From sequence record NC_070957.1: DNA of 64,000 nt. The stretch is one strand, 5' to 3'. Made by a program: the position numbers and the translations under genes. The notes below the pieces were generated by a model, which saw nothing but the letters and a program-made list of their open reading frames with translations, searched no databases and was not told the origin of the DNA. How positions within the stretch are numbered: position 1 is the stretch's first letter; each line of letters opens with the position of its first letter. This document shows, piece after piece, positions 48,539-59,166 of this stretch.

Positions 48539-50629
48539 ATGTCCAAGAAAATAAACCAAGTAACACCAGATACCGCAGGTGTTGCGGTAGGTCTCAACGC
48601 AAACCGGATGTGTACTTCTCCATCCCGTCTGTACATGCTCTGTAAGAACCAAGGCAAAGCCGCGGTAATCAAGCACAGCACTGGCCGTTTGATGGCTACT
48701 GCTGACGAACAAGAGTATGCACGGACTGCTCGCAAAGTAGAGACCGATGGTAACGTGGTTGTTGAAGAGGTGTTCTTCGTCAAGGATCCCAACAACACCA
48801 ATCAGCCGATGATGTGGGGTACCCAATATGTCATCGTGAGAAATGAGGATACTCACGTATATGACTTGATCGAAATGTCCAAGTTCAATACCCAAAACAT
48901 GGAACTGGGTTTTGAATACAAGTACAACAAGGACCTTCTCCGGACGGTTCAGAAGGGAGCCAGGTACAAGAAGGGTACGGTGTTTGCCAGTTCTGCTCGG
49001 ATCACCGAATCTGGCGAGTGGTGTCCTGGGGTAGAAACTCGTGTGGCAGCAATGTCTCATGTGGATACCGAAGAAGACGCGGTTGTCATCTACCGCAGTT
49101 ACGCCCAAAAGGTTGGTGTCGTGTTCTCCAGGGAACATCGTTATCAGTGGGACGAAGAAGACTACGTCATGCTGAACCTTTACGGTGAACTTGATCGTCA
49201 TCAGGGATTCCCCTTCTCCGGTGAACGTGTTCGTCATGATGGGATCGTGATGGGCTTCCGTAAGAAAGATAAAACGGTAGCTCTGAACGCACTGTCCAAG
49301 CAGGCACTGATGGAACCGGATCCGATGTACGACGTGCTGTTCTATTCCAGCCCTGACTGCATCGTGGCCGATATCCAAGTAGAAACCGAACGGTACAAAA
49401 ACCAGTCCAACAACCGGAAAGCTGAAAAGCGCACGCTTCCGCACACTGCTGAACTGGAACGTATCGAGGAAATGTACAACGAGTTCTATAACCGTGTTAT
49501 TCGCTGGTACAACAGTGTAAAACGCAACCATAGCGACCAGGTACCTCTTTCTCCGGCACTCTGGAACTTCATCATCACCTGCCAGGCAAACATCACCAGG
49601 GACTTCTCCACACCCCATGCAACCGGTAAGTTCCACAAAGTCAAACGGAAGATGAGTAACATCAATCTGAAAGACTGGCGGATCACCATCAAGCTGCGGG
49701 AAGACGTTGAAGGTAAAGTACGTTTCAAGAACACCGGGATGGACGGTAACAAGTCGGTTATCATGAAAGTACTTCCAGACGAGGAAGCGCCGATCGATGA
49801 CCACGGTAACCGTTGCGACATGATCGTAGGTAACACACCTGCATTCCGTCGACAAATCCTGGGTACACTGATCGAACTGGATGTGAACTTCATCAACATC
49901 CATACCTATCCCAAGATCGTTGCCGCGTATGATGCCGGTGATATGGAGACAGCTTGGAACCTTGCATCGACCTTCTACAAAACAGTGAACCCGTCGTTTG
50001 GTAAACTGGTAGAGTCTTTGAACGGTGAAGAGCGACTCAAACACCTGGCCTGGATCCGGAAGAAAGATACTGAGTTCTCGGTACAAGCGCCGTCAGCAGA
50101 TGGTGAGGTGGGGATCAGTATCATCGAGAGATTGAAAGAGCAGTATCCCGACATTCAACCGACCCCGGTCACCTACATTAACCAGTATGGTGATACCATC
50201 AGAACTCGTCACCCGATCGTAATCAGTTCGCTGTATTACATCATGCTGGATAAGTTTGGTGATGACATGTCCTGTCAGTCAACTCCCAAGTTCAACATCT
50301 TTGGTCTTCCTACCTCTCTGAGTAAGGATGAACGTGCCCGGGAATTCCACCGTAGTGTGGGTAACCGAAACGTGGGTGAAACTGAAGGTCGTCTCTTCAT
50401 CAACCAGAAAGGTGGTGTTGCCGCTGTAAGGACGTTGGCCTTGGGTAACTCTCCGGCATTGCTGGAACAATCTGTACGTCGCATCATCCGTGCAGACAAC
50501 CCGATGACAATCAAGTATCTGGTTAAGCCGGGTGAGGAACGTCAAAACCACGCACTCCAGGTAATGGATAACATGTTGTCTGACTTCGGGTCGAAGCTGC
50601 GCCGTGAACGCCCGGAAGACATCGTTTAA
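48539..50629 (+). CDS. Non-virion RNAP beta-like subunit, C-terminal half (gp71/73-like)
   Basis: TEEDAVV, KNTGMDGNKSVI, DMIV, MLDKFGDD, GETEGR. Confidence 0.88.
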   Translation: MSKKINQVTPDTAGVAVGLNANRMCTSPSRLYMLCKNQGKAAVIKHSTGRLMATADEQEYARTARKVETDGNVVVEEVFFVKDPNNTNQPMMWGTQYVIVRNEDTHVYDLIEMSKFNTQNMELGFEYKYNKDLLRTVQKGARYKKGTVFASSARITESGEWCPGVETRVAAMSHVDTEEDAVVIYRSYAQKVGVVFSREHRYQWDEEDYVMLNLYGELDRHQGFPFSGERVRHDGIVMGFRKKDKTVALNALSKQALMEPDPMYDVLFYSSPDCIVADIQVETERYKNQSNNRKAEKRTLPHTAELERIEEMYNEFYNRVIRWYNSVKRNHSDQVPLSPALWNFIITCQANITRDFSTPHATGKFHKVKRKMSNINLKDWRITIKLREDVEGKVRFKNTGMDGNKSVIMKVLPDEEAPIDDHGNRCDMIVGNTPAFRRQILGTLIELDVNFINIHTYPKIVAAYDAGDMETAWNLASTFYKTVNPSFGKLVESLNGEERLKHLAWIRKKDTEFSVQAPSADGEVGISIIERLKEQYPDIQPTPVTYINQYGDTIRTRHPIVISSLYYIMLDKFGDDMSCQSTPKFNIFGLPTSLSKDERAREFHRSVGNRNVGETEGRLFINQKGGVAAVRTLALGNSPALLEQSVRRIIRADNPMTIKYLVKPGEERQNHALQVMDNMLSDFGSKLRRERPEDIV

Positions 50630-50651
50630 TAATAGCAAAGTAGGAGTTAAG

Positions 50652-52664
50652 ATGAAAAAGGTAACACTTCGTGAATGGGCCAACCTTTCGATGGAGGCGA
50701 TGTTGTTGGAAACGCAACGTCGTTTCCGTATGGAGGTGGTCGATGATAAAGACGATGTGGTGATTACTGACTCCTGGATGATGGCGATGACCTGGTTCAG
50801 TCTCGGGGTCCATCGTCACTTCAAAGATGAACCGTACCATATCGACGAATGTTGTCTTCTGGTTTCCAATGGTGGTCGTCAAGCCTTCGTGGATGATGAC
50901 ACACTACAGAAACCGATCGATAACTTCCTCGGTCGTGTCATGCCCAAGTACGATGATCCGGTCATTTACGATCTGATCAAACAACTTGTGTTTGTTTGGC
51001 ATAACCAGATACACAACTACCTCTGTCTCAAAACAGAGGACGCTGCTGTGTCTGCACGGTCAACCGAAATACTGGACATCCGTAATCATCCCAGGGTTGC
51101 CGATCTGAAGCGCCGGGTGATGAGTAAAGAAGTTCATATGGCTGATGCGGCTAAAGAGTTCGAAGAGATCATGATGGGTGAGCCTGACTTCGATCGGTCA
51201 GTGTTCGCTCTTCTTTATCGAACCCGTGGTGTTTCATCCGTTCAGTCATTCCAGTTGCTGATCTCTCGTGGTGACGTAACCGACTTGAACCAGACCATCA
51301 TGCCCAACACCGTACTCGACAGTTATGCTGACGGGATTACTGATCTGGCCGACTCTCTGGCTGACTCTAAGTCCGCCGGTATCTCCCTGATCTCTAACAA
51401 CGGTGCCTTGCAAGACTCCGAATGGTTCCACAAGAAGATTCACAACCACGCTCAAGTTGTTCGTGGGGTCAAGTATCAACAAGACTGTGGGTCGACGACA
51501 GGAACCATCCTGAAGATCATCTCCAAGGACTTCAGGGACTCCCTGTCCGGTAAGTATCGGATCATGCCTGATGGTAGTTCCGTACTGCTGCACAAAGACA
51601 CCTTGAAGGAAATCAAGACTGGTGATATCGTTATCATCCGTTCTGTAGCCTGGTGTCACCACGGGGCTGATAAACCATGTGCTCGCTGTTTCGGTGCGAT
51701 GGTCTCGGCTCTTCCCTATAACCCATATACCAAACGCAGTGCAGTGCCTGGCCTGTTCTATGGTTCAACCTTTGCAGAGCCCATCGGTCAGTCTATCTTG
51801 AAGACGAAGCACCGTATCGGGTCGGCAAGTACCAAGGGATATGTCGTATCTTCCCAAGACAAGGATTATATCACCACTGATGAAGCTGGTGATTATCTCT
51901 ACTTCAACGAGAAGATCCTCAATGAAGAGAGTGAACCTTTCTTGATCCTGGATAAGGAAACTCACCAAGACCTTTCTGACTATCGTGTCATTGAAAGTAT
52001 GGGTGATATTCCGCAAGCCAGTCTTCGTAGCTATCAGTCTATCCGTCTGAAGATCAGCATGGAAAACCCGATGGTTCCGGATGAACGAGCTTATCAATTC
52101 CCGATCATTGTCACAACAGTGGCAAGTCGTGATGCCAGGATGACCAAACCCTTCGTAGAGTACCTGATGACTCAGGACATCGTCGAAGAAGGTCGTGGGT
52201 ACAAGATCTCACTGAAAGACTTCGATCCCAAAGAGCCGGCGTTCATCCTTCCTCAAGTCAACGAGGATTTGGATGCGTATCGGAAACGGGTTGAGGATTT
52301 CCTGACAGTGACTCTTCGTGGACGCCATGACCGGGAAGTAACACCGGAGATGCACGGTGAGCTCATGGTAGCGTTGTGGAAGGTTGTTGACGAGAAGTAT
52401 AAGGGCGCGAATATCATCATGCATGATATCTTCCTCTTTGCCGCAATGGCAAGGGATCCGCAGAACCTGAACTACTCGTTGCCAAACTGTAACGATCGCC
52501 GTGTGTTTATTGCAATGCACGAGGGTGTAATGAACCGGGGTATTGGTAACGCAATGCTCTATGGTTATCAGAACGAATCACTGCTGAGTAACCCAGCGTG
52601 TTATCTGGTGACCAACCGTCAAATGGGTGCGCTCGAGGCATTCATGCAACCGATGTGTGTATAA
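50652..52664 (+). CDS. Non-virion RNAP beta'-like subunit, C-terminal part (gp74-like)
   Basis: DCGSTTG, CHH..CARCFG, AEPIGQSILKTKH. Confidence 0.88.
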   Translation: MKKVTLREWANLSMEAMLLETQRRFRMEVVDDKDDVVITDSWMMAMTWFSLGVHRHFKDEPYHIDECCLLVSNGGRQAFVDDDTLQKPIDNFLGRVMPKYDDPVIYDLIKQLVFVWHNQIHNYLCLKTEDAAVSARSTEILDIRNHPRVADLKRRVMSKEVHMADAAKEFEEIMMGEPDFDRSVFALLYRTRGVSSVQSFQLLISRGDVTDLNQTIMPNTVLDSYADGITDLADSLADSKSAGISLISNNGALQDSEWFHKKIHNHAQVVRGVKYQQDCGSTTGTILKIISKDFRDSLSGKYRIMPDGSSVLLHKDTLKEIKTGDIVIIRSVAWCHHGADKPCARCFGAMVSALPYNPYTKRSAVPGLFYGSTFAEPIGQSILKTKHRIGSASTKGYVVSSQDKDYITTDEAGDYLYFNEKILNEESEPFLILDKETHQDLSDYRVIESMGDIPQASLRSYQSIRLKISMENPMVPDERAYQFPIIVTTVASRDARMTKPFVEYLMTQDIVEEGRGYKISLKDFDPKEPAFILPQVNEDLDAYRKRVEDFLTVTLRGRHDREVTPEMHGELMVALWKVVDEKYKGANIIMHDIFLFAAMARDPQNLNYSLPNCNDRRVFIAMHEGVMNRGIGNAMLYGYQNESLLSNPACYLVTNRQMGALEAFMQPMCV

Positions 52665-52674
52665 GGAGAACGTA

Positions 52675-52857
52675 ATGCGTTTCACTATTAATGAGCTGAA
52701 AGAGTTTGTAACCGGTACCGGAACCCGTCAAGCTGACGGGTCTCTCAAACCCGTTCGTCCCCACCAGCTCGGTGGGCTGATTGGTTTGAAACGTCGCTTC
52801 AAAGACGCGGCACTGGTTCTCTGCAAGAAAGCTGATGTGGTGACTTGGGATGACTGA
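52675..52857 (+). CDS. 60-aa hypothetical protein
   Basis: AAGGAG SD. Confidence 0.65.
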   Translation: MRFTINELKEFVTGTGTRQADGSLKPVRPHQLGGLIGLKRRFKDAALVLCKKADVVTWDD

Positions 52858-53029
52858 GTACGGTAAGCTGGACACAGAGAAACTGATCGCAGAACTCAAA
52901 AGCCGTGGTTACGTACTCGTAGCAAGTCCTGGTAAAGGAGAACGTCCTCCCGCACCTAAACCTATCGACCGTGGGTGCAGTTGCCACTGTGGTCGTTGTC
53001 GCCGTTACCAAACCGGCGCAACTCGTTAA
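52850..53029 (+). CDS. 59-aa Cys-rich protein (not in ORF track)
   Basis: MTEYGKLDTEKLIAELKSRGY...CSCHCGRC; paralog of next ORF. Confidence 0.65.
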   Translation: MTEYGKLDTEKLIAELKSRGYVLVASPGKGERPPAPKPIDRGCSCHCGRCRRYQTGATR

Positions 53030-53079
53030 CCGTAGGGGAGGGGTCCTTCGGGACCTCTTCCTTATATAGGAGTGTTGTA

Positions 53080-53385
53080 ATGCCCAAAGAAGATTTGGCT
53101 ACCATGAAGAACTTAAAAGAAGTCGACAGTCAGTCACTGATTGACGCACTCAAATCGCGTGGTTATGAAGTCACCAAGAAAACAAAGAAGACCACTTGGG
53201 AACGTATTCAGGAACATCTCCATCGTGAACCCCCTGAATTTCCCAAGACGACTGGTGCGTCAGGTCTTCGACCCAAGGTAACCATTTGCCGTTGTAACCA
53301 CATTCTCTGTGATCGTTGTTTTCCTAGGAACACGCCCACTAAGTGTCGTTGCAAACACGCACTCTGTCCTTTGTGCAATCTATAA
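53080..53385 (+). CDS. 101-aa Cys-rich protein
   Basis: AGGAG SD; LIDALKSRGY; two CRCxHxLCxxC motifs. Confidence 0.7.
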   Translation: MPKEDLATMKNLKEVDSQSLIDALKSRGYEVTKKTKKTTWERIQEHLHREPPEFPKTTGASGLRPKVTICRCNHILCDRCFPRNTPTKCRCKHALCPLCNL

Positions 53386-53528
53386 TGGTGGCAGGGAGAT
53401 TACTCCCTGTTTACAAAACTGTATTCTTACTGTGATCAGAATGTGTTAGAGAGCAATGTTTTGTAACCCAATATTATTAGGGTAAAACACTTTAACCATA
53501 TTTGTGTCCAAGTAGAGGTTTACGACAG

Positions 53529-55061
53529 ATGAGAAAAACGCTTGTTATATACAAGGCGCATGCTTACGCTCGTCTGACCGGCTTTAAACCTGAACTCGTC
53601 AAAGAAGTATTAATACCGTTCTGTAAACAAAACTTCTATCGGTTTCAGAAAGTACCTGGTGAGACCTTCGGGACTACCAAGTGGGAAGTCAGTCATGTCT
53701 TCGCTAGATTCAACAGCGATAAGACAGAGTTGCGCTTTAATGCATCAATGATAGAGAACTTGGTCAACTACATGACTGCACGTGGTTATAACAAATCACG
53801 TATCGTTATTGAAGAAGAACCAGAGATCGTTCCGGTCAAGAAGAATCATGAACTACTGCAAGCTGGGATAGGTCCTCGCAACGAACTCCAAGAAGAGTTT
53901 GTGAAGTTCATGGTTGAATCGCTTGGATTGGTCACCAACAACATGGGAACAGGGCAGGGTAAGACGTTCTGTGCTCTTTATAGCTCGTTCCTCATAGGAG
54001 AACGGATACTCATCACGGCACTTCCAAGGTATGTAGATATCTGGGTCAAGGCATTCGGTGAGTTTTACAAGATAGCTGCTAACGAAATAATGTTGGCCGA
54101 TACTTGTAACGTTCAAGACGTTCACCAAGCAATACTGAAAGGTGCGGATCCGAAGATCATTATTATCCCGTTAACCAAAATCGATATATACTTGAAGAAA
54201 ATGAAGGAAGAACCTGAAACAACGGTTAACCTTGATCAAGTGTTCAACGATCTTGGATGTGGAGTTCGTATCATCGACGAAGCACACGAGTCCATTTACT
54301 CTGTGTACCAATCGTTGTTGTACGGTAACCATAAGAAGACCATGATACTTTCCGCCACTCTGAAAGGTGACGATGAATTTATCAACGGGATTTATAACCA
54401 GATCTTCCCGCAGAAGAGTTATCTGAGAGCGACAGAGTACACCCAGTATATCAATGTCATTTCCTATCATTTCCGTATGGACATGTGGAAATACAAGATA
54501 AACACAAAGGGTTTTGGTGGATATTCCCATGTGAAATTTGAGCAAGGGATACTGAAGAAACCTTATGTGATGGAAGAGTACTTCAAGATGTTGATGGGTG
54601 CGTACCGAGAGTACTTCACTGATCACTATCGAGAAGGAATGAAATCGATGTGGTTCTTCGCTACAACAGAAATGTGTGAGAAGTTCAACGAGTATTTCAT
54701 CTCTCAGAAGCCTGGGGCCGACTCTATCGTCTTTACAGCGGCTATAAGTAAGAAACAACCCACTGCATACCGGGAACACGACAACGTTGTGACAACGCCA
54801 GGTAGCTGCGGTACAGGTAAGGATATTCCGTACCTGTTCACTGTGTTTAGCCCAGTGGCTGTTTCATCCTCGCAACGGAATGACCAAATGGTCGGTCGAA
54901 CACGTCCGGTTGATAAATGGTGGAGTGACCTCTTCCCATACTTCGTGTACTTCACATGTCGTGATGAACCGAAACAACTTGACTACGACAAAAAGCGTCG
55001 AGGTCTCTTTGGTCGTAAGGCCAAAAAGATAGACGTGATAGATAGTGGTTTCCGTATATAA
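53529..55061 (+). CDS. SF2 DEAH helicase (phiKZ gp75-like)
   Basis: GTGQGKT, IIDEAH, SAT, QMVGRTR. Confidence 0.9.
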   Translation: MRKTLVIYKAHAYARLTGFKPELVKEVLIPFCKQNFYRFQKVPGETFGTTKWEVSHVFARFNSDKTELRFNASMIENLVNYMTARGYNKSRIVIEEEPEIVPVKKNHELLQAGIGPRNELQEEFVKFMVESLGLVTNNMGTGQGKTFCALYSSFLIGERILITALPRYVDIWVKAFGEFYKIAANEIMLADTCNVQDVHQAILKGADPKIIIIPLTKIDIYLKKMKEEPETTVNLDQVFNDLGCGVRIIDEAHESIYSVYQSLLYGNHKKTMILSATLKGDDEFINGIYNQIFPQKSYLRATEYTQYINVISYHFRMDMWKYKINTKGFGGYSHVKFEQGILKKPYVMEEYFKMLMGAYREYFTDHYREGMKSMWFFATTEMCEKFNEYFISQKPGADSIVFTAAISKKQPTAYREHDNVVTTPGSCGTGKDIPYLFTVFSPVAVSSSQRNDQMVGRTRPVDKWWSDLFPYFVYFTCRDEPKQLDYDKKRRGLFGRKAKKIDVIDSGFRI

Positions 55062-55224
55062 AAGAACTAGACTCTCAGGACTATGGGTCCTGAGAGTCTA
55101 TCTATTTGGAGTTGGCATGATTCTGCAAAATTCCGGTAAGGGGAATTACTTTACCTTTTCATTTATCTTAACTGGTCGTTATGAACATCCCGTATCAAAT
55201 GCGATAGGGTATGGACTGACAACA

Positions 55225-55659
55225 ATGATCAGTATGTACACAATGGACGAGACAGGCGAAGAAGTCACCTTGTCAAATCCATTCAACCGTGACGCAGCCA
55301 GATACATCATGGAAGATTATCTTCTCAACTATTACACTGCCAACAGTACGCTATCGGCTGCCCTTGATAGCGCCTGTAGCGAGTTGTTAGCGATAGTTGA
55401 AAGCCCCCAAGGCGATGAACTGGAAAACTTCTTGTGTCACTCATATGGAGTTACAGAGTGTTTTACCAGAGGTGAGGAACGGATCGTCAAACTGTTTATT
55501 AAGGAAGGTGGTATAGCATCTTCACTTGATGAGCTGGAATCTATCCAGGACAGCATGTTCCGGTATGATGAGTACGCTTCTGTCGTAGGTGGAGTAAGTT
55601 CTCCCTATTACTTCCTGGATAAAGGCCCTCCTGTTAATCTTGATGATATACCATTTTAA
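55225..55659 (+). CDS. Hypothetical protein
   Basis: Acidic ORF; start uncertain (ORF open from 55045). Confidence 0.6.
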   Translation: MISMYTMDETGEEVTLSNPFNRDAARYIMEDYLLNYYTANSTLSAALDSACSELLAIVESPQGDELENFLCHSYGVTECFTRGEERIVKLFIKEGGIASSLDELESIQDSMFRYDEYASVVGGVSSPYYFLDKGPPVNLDDIPF

Positions 55660-55679
55660 ACAAAACTAAATAAGGAGTC

Positions 55680-56189
55680 GTGATGACTTTAGCTCAAGCA
55701 TTCGCTGAGTTCAACCAGGTAGTTAATCCTATCCAGTTGTCACTCAACGTTCGTATACCGGATCTCCCCGAATATGTAGAGGGAATGAACTATCAGCAGA
55801 TACTGATAGCACTGGAAGGTGCCTTTAACACTGTAGTGTCAGCAGCAGTTAATAATCAAGCTATTAACCCTGATTACGAAATGTTTGAAGAAGAGATCAG
55901 GGCCAACACGCTTGAACAATTGATGTCGAACGTGGACGCTGATACTGTTGATGTAGGACTGGGGTACGAATCCCAATATGATTCCCTGGTCAATAAACTG
56001 GCTATGGACATCACCGATGATTACGATAATCCGGATGTCCAGGTAATGTACAACGAGATGTACAATGCAAGTTGGATGAGAATCAATCTGTACCACTACA
56101 TGGACCGTGTTCAAGAACTCAGGTTGGTTGTGTCGTTCCATTACGATCAAGGACCTGGAACATTGAACGGTGTGCCAGAAGTAGCATAA
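55680..56189 (+). CDS. Hypothetical protein
   Basis: AAGGAG SD. Confidence 0.7.
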   Translation: MMTLAQAFAEFNQVVNPIQLSLNVRIPDLPEYVEGMNYQQILIALEGAFNTVVSAAVNNQAINPDYEMFEEEIRANTLEQLMSNVDADTVDVGLGYESQYDSLVNKLAMDITDDYDNPDVQVMYNEMYNASWMRINLYHYMDRVQELRLVVSFHYDQGPGTLNGVPEVA

Positions 56190-56243
56190 TGTAATTCACC
56201 CTCTCCCTGGTGGGAGAGGGTGAATTGTTCTTATTTTTTTTTG

Positions 56244-57557
56244 TTACAAACTGATTGTGTCGAGGTCCAGCGTAATAGTCTTCAACGTGGATACGTGCAT
56301 ACCCTTCATGCGCGTCAGCATGAACTGGGTGAAGATGTAGACAACTTCAGCTGAAACACGAGTCTCTATGGACCCCAACTTCTCACCACAACAGGTCCGG
56401 CAGAGGTTATCATCGGGCTGGACACAGAACTGCGGAACACGCATCTTGATGGGTTTACCGATGAGTGCCTTGTCACCACTCTCGATGAGGACAGGTTTCC
56501 CATCAACCATGTGATAACCGCCAACCCAGCCCTTGAATGTGTCCTTGGAAATCACCACATCCTCAGTACGAGTAGTGCCGCAATCTACAGAACCTACAGA
56601 GATACGGTTAGTAAGGAGGATTGCTACCTTAACTTCCGCACCACCTTCACCAGTAGCGTTACCCCGGTCGAACGACGCAGAGATAGCAGTGTTGATGTAC
56701 TTGGGGAAGTGATCATGATCCCAACCTTCATTCAGGGATTTCCGTAGCAGGGTGTATTTGCCGGTATTGAAATCAGGAACCATGTCAAAGATGAGGAACA
56801 TCTTCTTACGGGCGTTATCGATAAACTTGCCATTGATAAAGAAGTCTTTGGAAGGACCGCTATACTGGATCTTGGCATCCATGGCGACTACTTCATCGAT
56901 CATCTTAGCAACGGCGACCGGGTCACCCAGTTTACCTTCCTTTTCCAACTCAGCAAGCAGTTTATCCCGATGTGCAATAACATCAGGATGCACTGTGAGC
57001 ACGTCGATGGAAGAAGCCTTAACGAATACATCGTTCATCCCTTCCAGGAAGTCGAGATTCTTGGTGATGTCCAGGCATTGGTTTACAGAAGCTTTACCAG
57101 CAGGAACCGTTCCCTCGGGACCAGGGTTGTCAACCATGATGGAGTCAATCAGACCCTTGATAGTTCCACCACCTATCTTGCCGTTGATGTAAGAACCAGC
57201 ATCACCCACGGCTTCTTTGATCACAACCATGTTGACCAAGAAGATCCCTACCGTGGTTTCGTACTTTTGATTCAACCAACCATTGGTAGTTTGATCTACT
57301 GTAAACTTCTCGTTCTTATGGAAGAGAGGTGCTTCGAAAGGAGTGTGCTCAATAAACACTTTCTCTCCATCCGGACGGAAGAAATAGATCTTCTTCTCTT
57401 CCTCATCCCGGTAGACGGAATACGGAGCTGTCTTCAGTTTGGCCACGTTGTTTGGTGTTGACTTAACCAAAGAAAAGATAGAGAGCAGAAAGGTCTTTCG
57501 GGTATACGCCCTGGCATTGAACGCTTCTACCAGGAATTCGAATTTGTTCATTGACAC
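56244..57557 (-). CDS. Virion RNAP beta'-like subunit, C-terminal part (gp80-like)
   Basis: RGNATGEGG, DCGTTR, MRVPQFC..LCRTCCG, MKGMH. Confidence 0.85.
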   Translation of the reverse strand: MSMNKFEFLVEAFNARAYTRKTFLLSIFSLVKSTPNNVAKLKTAPYSVYRDEEEKKIYFFRPDGEKVFIEHTPFEAPLFHKNEKFTVDQTTNGWLNQKYETTVGIFLVNMVVIKEAVGDAGSYINGKIGGGTIKGLIDSIMVDNPGPEGTVPAGKASVNQCLDITKNLDFLEGMNDVFVKASSIDVLTVHPDVIAHRDKLLAELEKEGKLGDPVAVAKMIDEVVAMDAKIQYSGPSKDFFINGKFIDNARKKMFLIFDMVPDFNTGKYTLLRKSLNEGWDHDHFPKYINTAISASFDRGNATGEGGAEVKVAILLTNRISVGSVDCGTTRTEDVVISKDTFKGWVGGYHMVDGKPVLIESGDKALIGKPIKMRVPQFCVQPDDNLCRTCCGEKLGSIETRVSAEVVYIFTQFMLTRMKGMHVSTLKTITLDLDTISL

Positions 57558-58444
57558 AAGTTCACCTCTTTCAATACTGCTTGGGCACGGTACATGATTT
57601 CCGTAGTTTCAGAAACGTCATTGATGAGGGACATCACTGCTCCTTCAATCTCTGCACCGGTCATCGGGGTCAGCAACATAATGCTGATCATGTTCTTGAT
57701 GTATTCCACCGGATTGTTCAGCATCATCTCGCCTACTTCAGCAGCAAACAAGTTCATGTAGATATCCAGTTGTTGTTGGACACCACCGCCATCAACTATG
57801 TGACGTTCACCAATGGTTCCTTTAAGAAACGCTTTGTTGGCTACCAGACGCTTCTTAAAGAAGGGTTCCATGTACTGGTCATCATCCGTACTCAGAATGT
57901 TCAAACCAATCAACATACCTTTGGTAACATCGACGGAAACATCCTTAATAACGTACGGGAGTTTTTCTTGGTCCATCAACGGATCAACCAAAGCCATAAC
58001 TTGGATGAAACGTTCCTTCGGATCGATACCCTCGTCTTCCAGCACATCTGATAAACCCAGGATGTCTTCTATACCGTCGACGGTATAGATGGTATCGAGG
58101 ATCTTTGTCAGGATAACCAACTCGTCAGGACCAATGTAGTCCATGTCGATCATGATCCCCATTGCTTGGAGGCAATCTACCAAAGCGTAAATGAGTATCT
58201 TACGTACTGCCTGAATGGTATCAGGAGTATCGTATCCTTCATCGATCAAAACGGTCGTGATGTTAGTGTCCAGGAAACCATTATTTCCACCCGGAACACA
58301 TTCCAGGGATAGCGTAATTAAGTTGTACGCATCCTGTAATTGTATAGCCGCTTCAGGTGTACACCTGACCGCGAAGTCATCCCACATTTCGCCAAGATTA
58401 TCACTGGCAAGGTTAGCGTTAGTGAGATCAATCATATCTGACAT
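57548..58444 (-). CDS. Conserved phiKZ-like hypothetical protein
   Basis: AAGGA SD; overlaps start of RNAP gene. Confidence 0.7.
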   Translation of the reverse strand: MSDMIDLTNANLASDNLGEMWDDFAVRCTPEAAIQLQDAYNLITLSLECVPGGNNGFLDTNITTVLIDEGYDTPDTIQAVRKILIYALVDCLQAMGIMIDMDYIGPDELVILTKILDTIYTVDGIEDILGLSDVLEDEGIDPKERFIQVMALVDPLMDQEKLPYVIKDVSVDVTKGMLIGLNILSTDDDQYMEPFFKKRLVANKAFLKGTIGERHIVDGGGVQQQLDIYMNLFAAEVGEMMLNNPVEYIKNMISIMLLTPMTGAEIEGAVMSLINDVSETTEIMYRAQAVLKEVNLCQ

Positions 58445-58486
58445 AATCTTGTCCTTTCAACTGTAAGTTCATAATGGAGTCATAAC

Positions 58487-59155
58487 ATGTCTAATAAGGT
58501 TCAACTTAAAGCAGCACGGAAGCGTGCCGAACGTAAAGTAGCCTCCAGCCGTAAAAACGGTCGTCGTCGTCTCGCTATCCATCAGAGTGTTCCTCAACTC
58601 ATGGAAGCCGCCAAGAGCCAGATCGAACTCGCCCTGGAACGTCACCAGCTGGAGAGTCCTTTCGACATCGCCCGTCGAAGCGATGGTAGTGAAGTCCCTG
58701 CCATGGATAAGGGTGCTATGATTCAAGGTTGCCGCAAGTCCACCACCGAAGTTTTCCGGATGTTCAGCTACCTGGCCGCAGCCAAGTCCCTGGTCGATCA
58801 GGGTCGCATCGAATTCGAATTCAAACTGGACCTGGATCAGTGCGCTGCTGATATCGCTGCTCTGGATCGTCGCGTTATCCGTCTGAACGTTCTGGTAGAA
58901 GGTGAAGATGACGTCTTCGGTTACGAACTCATGGATATCGGTTCTACTCTGGAGAACCTGGGTTCTGTCATCTATGATGAAGTCTCTCGTCTTGAGCCGC
59001 AAGCTCTGGTCCTCGACAGCTACATCAATCATGCCGCCCAACAAGTCGTCGCTGATCCTGAAAATGAGATCGCCGACCTCAAGCAGGCCAACCAAACCGT
59101 ACTCCAATCTCTGGCGTACACTCTGATCAAACCCCACATGGTAAATAAAGCTTAA
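58487..59155 (+). CDS. Hypothetical protein with basic N-terminus
   Basis: GGAG SD, optimised codons. Confidence 0.75.
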   Translation: MSNKVQLKAARKRAERKVASSRKNGRRRLAIHQSVPQLMEAAKSQIELALERHQLESPFDIARRSDGSEVPAMDKGAMIQGCRKSTTEVFRMFSYLAAAKSLVDQGRIEFEFKLDLDQCAADIAALDRRVIRLNVLVEGEDDVFGYELMDIGSTLENLGSVIYDEVSRLEPQALVLDSYINHAAQQVVADPENEIADLKQANQTVLQSLAYTLIKPHMVNKA

Positions 59156-59166
59156 GGAGCTTTTGA

